DNA of 64,000 bases. Origin: Bacteroidaceae bacterium. Lineage in GTDB: Bacteria; Bacteroidota; Bacteroidia; Bacteroidales; Bacteroidaceae. The stretch covers positions 21,752-85,751 of the forward strand of contig JAFXTO010000002.1 in assembly GCA_017535725.1 (NCBI GenBank). The letters are read 5' to 3'. How positions within the stretch are numbered: position 1 is the first letter of the stretch; each line of letters opens with the position of its first letter. The notes under the pieces are model-generated. The model did not search any database and was not told the DNA's origin. It saw nothing but the letters and a program-made list of their open reading frames with translations. The translations under genes were made by a program, and so were the position numbers. Of the stretch, positions 1 through 7,878 are shown piece after piece.

Positions 1-2
1 GT

Positions 3-80
3 ATCATCGTGGGCTCCAAGGAAGACTACGACCGCGTGCTCGCCAACCGCAAGGCTATCCTCGACTACGACTACGACTAA
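3..80 (+). CDS. C-terminal end of an unidentified CDS entering from upstream
   Basis: Frame 3 is open from the window edge (..IIVGSKEDYDRVLANRKAILDYDYD) to TAA at 78-80. A terminator hairpin follows. Too short to name. Confidence 0.35.
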   Translation: MIVGSKEDYDRVLANRKAILDYDYD

Positions 81-135
81 GTACACCTCCATGGTCATAC
101 GCCCTGTTAAGGGCAAAAGCCATGGATGGAACTAT

Positions 136-190
136 GCACAGAGTGGCTGTAACCAACTTCGGTCACAGCCACTCTGCATTTCTTCTTCCA
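136..190 (+). terminator. Rho-independent terminator
   Basis: 12-bp perfect stem: cagagtggctgt (139-150) pairs with acagccactctg (165-176). It is followed by the T-rich tract catttcttcttcc. Confidence 0.6.
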
Positions 191-273
191 ACGATGAGAA
201 CCACCTCATCATGAATCACCAACTGCTCAGCCCTAACTGCCAACGCTCTTTTGCCTGAATAACCCCAACGAAT

Positions 274-3200
274 ATGCAAAATACCTCTGAAAGCCTGACA
301 AGTACCCTCTTCCGGAAAGGTGTACTACTGAAACTACAACTGCAAGACGGCACAGACCTGCAAGGACAGGTCGTGGACGTCAACCCGGAAGGCATCCTGC
401 TACGTGACGACGAAGGAAACCAAACCATACTCACCTCCGACCTGCTGACCCACGCCTTGTACCTCTACAGCGGCTTCCCCACGCAAGAGGCAGAAGTGGA
501 AGTGCCGGTAACGGTGGCCGGTAACGGTTATATCCGCAGCTATAATGGTAAGATAGGATTCACCGACAATCAATTTGTCATCCAACCAGATTCCCTCCTC
601 GACGCCACCCTCCGTCAAGACGCCCAGGCCTTTCCTGCCAGTATTGTAGACCGTGAGGTACTGGTTGTGGTAGAAGAAGGTGCCGTGAAGAAGGCGTACT
701 TGCTGAGTGTGGGCGCCCTCGATGCCGTACTCGACAAGATTGCCGAGCTGGCAGCCATGCGCAAATACTCACTGGCTCGCCGCTTCTGTGAACTCTTGTC
801 GAAGCAGTTCCCCGAAGATTCTGACATCGCCAACTTCCTCCAGAAACTGCAGGACGCCACGAACTCGGGCAAGAAGGTGGACTTCTATCAGCCCATACAA
901 AGTGCAGAGGAACGCCAGCAGGCACAGGACAACGAAGAACTCCTGCCCATGGGACGCATCTTCGAAATGAACAACTATAAAAATGGATACATCATCGACG
1001 TGAGAAGCCACAAGAAGCTATTCTTCCACCGAGAACAGCTCTTGGGCGAACTGGAACGAAAGTCCACGCAGGAACTAATCGGACAGCCCGTGGTTTATTC
1101 CATCACACGAGTCAACGACAAGTTGCAAGCCCGTAGCATCATGGCTCCCATGCAGGTGGACGATGCCTTCCAACTGGCTGAAGTCAAGTACCGACAAAAG
1201 GACATGACCCTGACCGCCTGCGACATCCTTCGAATCATCCTTCAGCAATATGAGGATGACTATATTGCTCGGACTTACAGCCAATGGAAAGCCAAACGTG
1301 AGTTCCTGCTTTGGTCTATAGAAGCACTACCCGACTACCAAGGACAACCGGTAAGCCTACGGCGTTCCATAGAGGTGCCCGGAACAAGCACCAAGGACGT
1401 GAATCTGGAGCGCAAAACCGACCACACCCAGATGGAAATGGGGTTCGCCCCACCCGAATGCCCCAAAATAACCTTCACGTCCGAAGAACCCGAAGAACTG
1501 ATAGCCATTGAGCCCGAACCTGACGGCGAACTACCCGAAGCACCGCAGGAAGAAAGCGAAGAAGCTGACAAGACTATTGACGAGACACCCTCCGAAACAG
1601 AATTGCAACCCGCCTGGGCCGAAGTTCGGAAGGAGCCTGAAGAGGTCTTTGAGATGCCCACAGAAGAGGAGATTGCTGCCAGCGAGGGTGCCGAATCCGT
1701 GGTACAACCCAACGCCAGGCTCACCTATCATTACGGCGATGGGATTTTATACGACCGCCAAGGGGAGCAGTACAGCTTCACCCTCGATGACATCATCGAC
1801 GACACGTTGTTTGAAGAGGTGCGCAACAAGAACAACAATTCCGATGATTACGTGCGCGAGCGCGAAGTCATCTGCCAGCTCTACGAATCTGGAGGACGCA
1901 GGGCACGCAACATCTGCCGACCACTGACGGTACACGAATTGCTGCGTATGGCGCTGGACGCCTACAACACCGAAGACCTCGACTCGCGAGATCTGGAATA
2001 TATCAACGGGCTCATAGGCAACGTGCTCGATTATATCCCTAACAACATGGCTGCTAACCGAATGTACGATGTCGTTAGGATGCGAAGGGATACCGACAGC
2101 GAAACCTGCTACAAGGCGCCAGCAGGAGTGAAACCCTTCGGAACCATCTCCACGATTAATTGCGAACAGAAGCCTCAGCTGAAGATTAGCGACCCTCACT
2201 TCCGAAGACCCATACCTTTCCAGATTTCCGAAATCATCGACCGAGGCTACGACCACCAATGCCACGGCGATGAACTCATGTACTCCATCTATACCAATGA
2301 ACAAGGAGAGCCCATAGCACGATTCGTACATCGTGCAAAATCCGAAAGCGAGCTCTTCGCCTTAGCAGAGGACTGGGCAGGCAAAGGAGAGGTGGTGAAG
2401 GCATGGGCCATCATGATGAATTTGCTCGACCTCAACCCTGACAACGAGCGGGCCAAGCTGTTGGCTGCTGACTACGAGAACCATGCCGATGAACAAGGAG
2501 CGCCCTTCGTAGGTGAAGAGCTGAAACAGGGACGCCAATTCAATGACCTCCTGGCCCAGGCACGATTTTGTGCCGAACGGGGAGAACTGAATAAGGCACT
2601 CGAACTCTACGCACAGGAACTTCAAGACCCCAGGGAACCCGATAACCGAGCCTACTGCATCCGCGAGAGCATACAAATCTACAGCAAACTTTACCACGAC
2701 GACCCCACCGATACGGCTCTCCTCGCCGACTACCGCCGCTTTGGCGATATGTACATCAACTCGGAAAACGGTTTCGCCAACCAGACCAAGAAAGTACTGG
2801 AGAACATCCGGGTGGTAATCATCTACCACCAGGACATGGAAGAACCAGACAACCTGATAAGGGCACTCCGACGACTACTTCCATTGTTGCAGAACCCCAC
2901 AACATGGCCGCGGTTAAACGGAGACCCGCAGAGCATCATCGCCGCGACCCGAGCGGAACTGGCCTGGTCCCTCCTACGTCAGGGCAACAACCAGGAGGCA
3001 GAGGACATGACCCGTCTCAGCGAACGCTCCTTCGACAACGAGAAAGCGCGAATGTGTCGCGCGGTCATCGAAGAGCGAAAGGTGGGCACGGAAAAGAACA
3101 TTCGATGGTCACGGTCGTTCAGGCCTTACAACGTCTACGCACTCGACACCTGCGACTGTCGTGTCTCGGTACAACAGTCTCGGGAAAAGAAAGGCCTCAT

Positions 3201-5550
3201 CTACCACCGCTTCAAAATGCTATGCCAACTGCTGGACATGCAGAACGAGTCCCTTTCACAGGGCACACGCATGGACGAATCTTCCCGTACCCTCCTCATG
3301 AAGCTGCTGGCAGGGTATGTCTCCACCCTGCTGTGTGACGACTGGCAGCAATACGCCCGAGACAAGTTCCTACATCAGTACCTGCCCGGAGACTGTCAGC
3401 TGGTACTTCAGCTCAGCCGTTGTGTCTCCAAAGGACTCTCGTGGAACGGATGGATGGACCTCCGACTGATGTCCATGCTCTGCGGCGAGGCAGCCTACGC
3501 CATCTGCAGCATCCTCTTTAGCCTCAACCGCGACCAAGCTATCGATCTGTTGCGCAATTCCCACATCGAAATCAGCTACGAGAACAAGGCCGTTACACCG
3601 CAGTTCTACGCCGGCCGCTTCAACGAATGGCGTGGGGAGAACTTCCGAGACCTCCTCATCCAGGTGCTGCGCAAGTCCGAGGAACTGGTGGAACGACCCC
3701 GTTTGAGCGACTGCGCTGACTTCTTCCGCCAACTGACCTTCGAAGCGTGGATGTCTCAGGATGACAGCGACCTCATCACCGCCCTGCGACAACAGTTGCC
3801 CATACTCATCGCAGCCTTCCTCAGTTCCCATACGGAAAATGCACGCACTATCATCAACGCCTACCAGTCTTTGACCGGATTCCTTACGGACAAGATCGAA
3901 GCCATCAGCCAGCGTCCTACTGTCTTCTCGGCCGTCGTCCTGGACCCGCTGCTTAAGAAGATTCTCTCCGAGGCACAACTTCTCTACGACCGCCTGCAAT
4001 TCGAGGCTCCCCTGCCCAAGGCTACCGTCATCTCCACCTCACTCGTAGGAACCGATGGTTCCTTCCTCACCGAAGTTCAGGTGTGCAACGCCTGTCGCAT
4101 GGCCACACCCATGAAAGACCTGCATCTCATCGTAGACCACATCAGCGGCGGAGTGCAAACGGAGAAACCAATCATCTACTCCGATATCAGCAAGGTAGAT
4201 GGCAAAGTTTATGGCGAGGAATATGTCATCTATACCATTCGGGCACGACTTACTGGCGATTGGCAGCAGCAGCGCTCAGGACAGTTGCAGCTCCGACTGC
4301 TTTTCACCAACGAGGAGGGCACCCACCTCGAAGCACCCTTCGAACTCCCCTTCCCCATACAGGAGTGGACAGAGCAGACACCCAAGTTGCCTGAAATCTA
4401 CGCAGCTGGTCCCAAGGTAGAAGACGAGAAAATGTTCTACGGACGTGATGACGATGTGGCTGCTGTCGTCTCTGCCGTCGGAGCCACCAAGAACAAGCCC
4501 CACTACTTCATCTTTGGACAGAAGCGCAGTGGTAAGTCCTCCCTGCTCTACCACATCCAGAAGAAACTCCTCGCCAACTACCACTTCATCAGTGTAGAGA
4601 TGGCTTTCGCGGACTTCACCATCCACCGCGAGGAGCACATCTACCGCCACATCTTCTCTGCCGTACAGACAACCCTTGACTGGGACTACGACATATCCGT
4701 GGAGGACTGGACCGACGCCGACGAAACTTCCACCGATTCCATGACCTTCAGCCAGTTCGTCAACAATCTTAAGCACATCAACAAGACCATTGAGGCATCG
4801 GAACAATGGCATGACTACCGCCTTGTCTTCTTCATCGACGAGTTCACCACCTCCTACGAGTGGTTCGTCAGAGGGAAAATTCCCAAGGAATTCTTCGGAC
4901 GTTGGAAGAGTCTACAGGACAAAGGACTCTTCAGTGCCGTACTCATCGGGCAGGATGTTTTCCGCTACATCGTTCGCGACCTCGTACACAACGACTTCGG
5001 CAGCCTGCTGAATTTGGAACTCACCTACCTAAGCCGCGAAGCTGCCATGCGTCTGGTCACTGACCCTGTCGTAGAAGCTAGCGGCAACGCTGACATTTAC
5101 GTGGGAAATGCCGTACAACGCATCCTCTATTACTCGGCCAATAGCGCCTACTACACCCAATGGATATGCAGTGAACTCATCAAATATGTCAACGCCAACC
5201 GCCTGCAACTCATCACGGAAGCCGACGTCGAGGAATGCGTACACCGCATGATGAACGACGATCCCAACGAATTGAAAGTGAAGTTCTCACCTTTGGAATA
5301 CTCTGGCCGAGACCCCAAGGAGTCATGGCAATTCCCGCGAGAGGAAACCGTAGCCGTTCTCCGACAGGTTGCTCTGGCAGAAATCAGCGACCCCGTGCGA
5401 GGCTGTCCACGGTGGAAGATACACTCCGAGAACGGACGTACCGACGAGTTCCTGGCTGACCTCGTGGAACGACACGTGCTCACCGTCGACAACGACAACT
5501 ACAAACTTATCGTCAAACTTTATCTTTTATATCATGGACTTAGCAAATAA
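274..5550 (+). CDS. Giant (1758 aa) multidomain P-loop NTPase with N-terminal Sm-like and repeated cold-shock/OB-like modules, an acidic linker, a helical/TPR-like middle and a C-terminal STAND/AAA-like ATPase
   Basis: Single uninterrupted 5.3-kb ORF. Walker A is GQKRSGKS at 4516-4539, preceded by FYGRDDD. Walker B-like RLVFFIDEF lies near 4819-4845. The N-terminus LQDGTDLQGQVVDVNPEGILL resembles the Hfq/Sm pattern. Four G-x-I..G-[FY]-I..FFH-type CSD-like segments are visible. Confidence 0.85.
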   Translation: MQNTSESLTSTLFRKGVLLKLQLQDGTDLQGQVVDVNPEGILLRDDEGNQTILTSDLLTHALYLYSGFPTQEAEVEVPVTVAGNGYIRSYNGKIGFTDNQFVIQPDSLLDATLRQDAQAFPASIVDREVLVVVEEGAVKKAYLLSVGALDAVLDKIAELAAMRKYSLARRFCELLSKQFPEDSDIANFLQKLQDATNSGKKVDFYQPIQSAEERQQAQDNEELLPMGRIFEMNNYKNGYIIDVRSHKKLFFHREQLLGELERKSTQELIGQPVVYSITRVNDKLQARSIMAPMQVDDAFQLAEVKYRQKDMTLTACDILRIILQQYEDDYIARTYSQWKAKREFLLWSIEALPDYQGQPVSLRRSIEVPGTSTKDVNLERKTDHTQMEMGFAPPECPKITFTSEEPEELIAIEPEPDGELPEAPQEESEEADKTIDETPSETELQPAWAEVRKEPEEVFEMPTEEEIAASEGAESVVQPNARLTYHYGDGILYDRQGEQYSFTLDDIIDDTLFEEVRNKNNNSDDYVREREVICQLYESGGRRARNICRPLTVHELLRMALDAYNTEDLDSRDLEYINGLIGNVLDYIPNNMAANRMYDVVRMRRDTDSETCYKAPAGVKPFGTISTINCEQKPQLKISDPHFRRPIPFQISEIIDRGYDHQCHGDELMYSIYTNEQGEPIARFVHRAKSESELFALAEDWAGKGEVVKAWAIMMNLLDLNPDNERAKLLAADYENHADEQGAPFVGEELKQGRQFNDLLAQARFCAERGELNKALELYAQELQDPREPDNRAYCIRESIQIYSKLYHDDPTDTALLADYRRFGDMYINSENGFANQTKKVLENIRVVIIYHQDMEEPDNLIRALRRLLPLLQNPTTWPRLNGDPQSIIAATRAELAWSLLRQGNNQEAEDMTRLSERSFDNEKARMCRAVIEERKVGTEKNIRWSRSFRPYNVYALDTCDCRVSVQQSREKKGLIYHRFKMLCQLLDMQNESLSQGTRMDESSRTLLMKLLAGYVSTLLCDDWQQYARDKFLHQYLPGDCQLVLQLSRCVSKGLSWNGWMDLRLMSMLCGEAAYAICSILFSLNRDQAIDLLRNSHIEISYENKAVTPQFYAGRFNEWRGENFRDLLIQVLRKSEELVERPRLSDCADFFRQLTFEAWMSQDDSDLITALRQQLPILIAAFLSSHTENARTIINAYQSLTGFLTDKIEAISQRPTVFSAVVLDPLLKKILSEAQLLYDRLQFEAPLPKATVISTSLVGTDGSFLTEVQVCNACRMATPMKDLHLIVDHISGGVQTEKPIIYSDISKVDGKVYGEEYVIYTIRARLTGDWQQQRSGQLQLRLLFTNEEGTHLEAPFELPFPIQEWTEQTPKLPEIYAAGPKVEDEKMFYGRDDDVAAVVSAVGATKNKPHYFIFGQKRSGKSSLLYHIQKKLLANYHFISVEMAFADFTIHREEHIYRHIFSAVQTTLDWDYDISVEDWTDADETSTDSMTFSQFVNNLKHINKTIEASEQWHDYRLVFFIDEFTTSYEWFVRGKIPKEFFGRWKSLQDKGLFSAVLIGQDVFRYIVRDLVHNDFGSLLNLELTYLSREAAMRLVTDPVVEASGNADIYVGNAVQRILYYSANSAYYTQWICSELIKYVNANRLQLITEADVEECVHRMMNDDPNELKVKFSPLEYSGRDPKESWQFPREETVAVLRQVALAEISDPVRGCPRWKIHSENGRTDEFLADLVERHVLTVDNDNYKLIVKLYLLYHGLSK

Positions 5551-6094
5551 AAAAAATATCATTTGGGCGCGTATTCGCACCCTCGGACCGCAGTCCATCG
5601 TACTGCCCCCCTCCACGGACGACCATCAGGTAGCCCTCGCCCTCATCAGCGAGCTGGAAACCGAGATGCAAGAGGAACATTTCGTTGCCGTCACCATTCC
5701 CTGTGAGAAGTACACCACCATTCTCGACTTTTGGAAAGCGCTGACCATGGAGGTGTGGAAAGCACTGTGCCCTGTCATGCAGCCTCAGCTACGCTCCACT
5801 ATGGAAAACAAAGTCCTCCGCATGGCCCAGAGCCAGCGCACCATCGACCTCTTCAATGGACTGCTGCATTTCCTGAAACATGTGAGGGAGAAACAAGGCT
5901 TGAAGGTGGTGCTTATCCTCGAGAAGTTCGCCGCGCTCGTGGAGCTACAGGACGAGTCCGATGCCATGAAAATACGCCAGTTGACAGACGTGATGGCGCT
6001 ACTGACCCTCTCGGAGAAACCCCTGGTGGAACTCGCCGACAAATACAAGAACGAATACTTCTGCAACCAGTTTGTGGCCTTGCAGGCATCCTGA
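5534..6094 (+). CDS. Small (186 aa) partner protein; NTPase-like layout without a Walker A lysine
   Basis: ATG at 5534 overlaps the stop of the giant gene by 17 nt. VVLILEKFAAL resembles a Walker B strand with the acidic residues lost. GPQSIVLPPSTDD sits where a P-loop would be. The upstream part of tracked ORF 5369.. lies inside the previous gene and was discarded. Confidence 0.65.
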   Translation: MDLANKKNIIWARIRTLGPQSIVLPPSTDDHQVALALISELETEMQEEHFVAVTIPCEKYTTILDFWKALTMEVWKALCPVMQPQLRSTMENKVLRMAQSQRTIDLFNGLLHFLKHVREKQGLKVVLILEKFAALVELQDESDAMKIRQLTDVMALLTLSEKPLVELADKYKNEYFCNQFVALQAS

Positions 6095-6106
6095 CCTCAG
6101 CAGCCT

Positions 6107-7846
6107 ATGGAATACCCTTTTTCATTCGTGGGAAAGTCCTCCCTCGGAACGGACTTCGTGGGACGTGACAGCCAGTCCAAACTCATCACCGAACGCACCT
6201 TAGAGGGTAGCATGACCTGCATCGTGGGACTTCCACGAATGGGCAAGACGTCCCTCATAAACCACCTTTTCTTCGAATCTGGGCGTCCTGAGTGGTGGGC
6301 ACAGCACCACCTCCTGCCTCTCTACGTCAGCATAGACACTTGCGCCACAGCCGATGAGTTTTGGGGCAGTGTCGCCTCCCAGCTTTACCAAGCCGTCGAT
6401 GACTGGGTAGAACAGCAGCAGATACCCGTAGAGAACAAGGACCTACGGAAATTTTACGAAGAACTGCAGAAAGCCGACCATCCAGCTGCCGATGGCGCCT
6501 TCATCTTTAACAAGATGACAAACAGCCTTACCTCCTTGAAGAATCTGCAGTTGCAGGTCATCTTCATCTTGGACGAGCTCGACAGCCTGGGCCGGTACCA
6601 CTACGGCTACGACCACTTCCGTAAGATTCGCGCCCTTGCTAACTACGGACCGCTCATCACCTGCTCACGTAGACAGCCCCAAGCCATCGAGAAGAAGGCT
6701 TTTGACACCGACTATTTCTCCAACATGTCCGAGAAAGTCTTCATCGGGACGTTCACTCCCGACGAGGTTACGACCTACTGGCAACACTTCCGTCCGGCTT
6801 TCAGCCAGCTCAGTGGCCCCGAGTTCCGCGAGTACCGCAAACTCGTAGCACGCTACGCTGGCAACCATCCACACCTGATGAACCTGATGAACTACCACGC
6901 TCTGCATTCGGGGAACCTCACAGAATGGCAGCGCGCTATGGGAACAAGCCAACGCTACCGGCAGGAATGGCAGTTTCGTGCATCGCTGGTCGAAGCCTTC
7001 CGCGAACAGATGCGATACATAGAGGAACAGGAACTAAATAAAACGGCCATCGTAGCTGTGCTCGGAGGAGAACGCAAGGAGGACTTTGCCGACCAAATCA
7101 CCACCCTCAAGCAGTACACCTTCATCCGTGAAGTCACCAACGAGGAGAAACGAGCCCTCTTCACCTATGACCTGGGGCTGCAGACGCCGGACTGCAGATA
7201 CCGCTACGTTTGCCTCTCTGACTTCTTCAGCCATTTCATGCGTGACAACTACCTCCCTACCTACAAGGACTCAGAATTGCACATCGTCACCGAACTGAAG
7301 CTTCGGGAACTCGTTCGGGCATTCCTTCGACTGCAATTCGGCGATGATGCACTAAAGCCCATTGGCGATGATGAGTACGCCCACGAGCACTATGAGGAAC
7401 ACTGGGAAAAACCTTATCGCCTCTTCTGCGAACGCAAGGCACTCTTGTATTTCGACGAAGACAACGAGACTGCATGGAGCGAAATCAAGCACCGACGCTG
7501 GCAACTGACGCAGACCGACTGCAAGCCACCCTCAGAGCGACCACCCATCGACTTCCTTACAGGTCTCAACCTTCACCAGCTCAAGACATTCTTCCTCAAA
7601 CCCCTGTGGTTCACCTTCTTCGGCAAAGTGCTCGATGCCGAACAATGGGGAGAAAGCACCTATAAAGGCAATCGCGAGAGATGGATGCATACCTATTTCG
7701 ACCCTTTCCACACAATCCGTAACCGCGACAGCCACCGTAACCTTGTATTCATTACCGAGGAGGCCATCGAAAAAGCCCACAGCGCTTGCCGCAAGATTTG
7801 CCAGGACATTGACCGCTGGATGGCACAACAAGCAGATTCATTATAG
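6107..7846 (+). CDS. P-loop NTPase (STAND-like) with a C-terminal HEPN-type domain (predicted RNase)
   Basis: Walker A is GLPRMGKTS at 6227-6253. Walker B is VIFILDELD. AGNHPHL is a GxP-like motif. The C-terminal motif R-N-R-D-S-H (Rx4H) is at 7718-7735, within FHTIRNRDSHRN. The gene starts 12 nt after the previous stop. Confidence 0.85.
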   Translation: MEYPFSFVGKSSLGTDFVGRDSQSKLITERTLEGSMTCIVGLPRMGKTSLINHLFFESGRPEWWAQHHLLPLYVSIDTCATADEFWGSVASQLYQAVDDWVEQQQIPVENKDLRKFYEELQKADHPAADGAFIFNKMTNSLTSLKNLQLQVIFILDELDSLGRYHYGYDHFRKIRALANYGPLITCSRRQPQAIEKKAFDTDYFSNMSEKVFIGTFTPDEVTTYWQHFRPAFSQLSGPEFREYRKLVARYAGNHPHLMNLMNYHALHSGNLTEWQRAMGTSQRYRQEWQFRASLVEAFREQMRYIEEQELNKTAIVAVLGGERKEDFADQITTLKQYTFIREVTNEEKRALFTYDLGLQTPDCRYRYVCLSDFFSHFMRDNYLPTYKDSELHIVTELKLRELVRAFLRLQFGDDALKPIGDDEYAHEHYEEHWEKPYRLFCERKALLYFDEDNETAWSEIKHRRWQLTQTDCKPPSERPPIDFLTGLNLHQLKTFFLKPLWFTFFGKVLDAEQWGESTYKGNRERWMHTYFDPFHTIRNRDSHRNLVFITEEAIEKAHSACRKICQDIDRWMAQQADSL

Positions 7847-7878
7847 TCCACTTCACCACCCCAATACCACCTTACACA

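Noticed and set aside
5369-5533. Longer version of the small ORF, starting at 5369
   Set aside because: These 55 codons lie inside the 3-prime end of the giant gene in another frame and read as Thr/Ser-rich nonsense. The ATG at 5534 gives a compact overlap typical of translational coupling.
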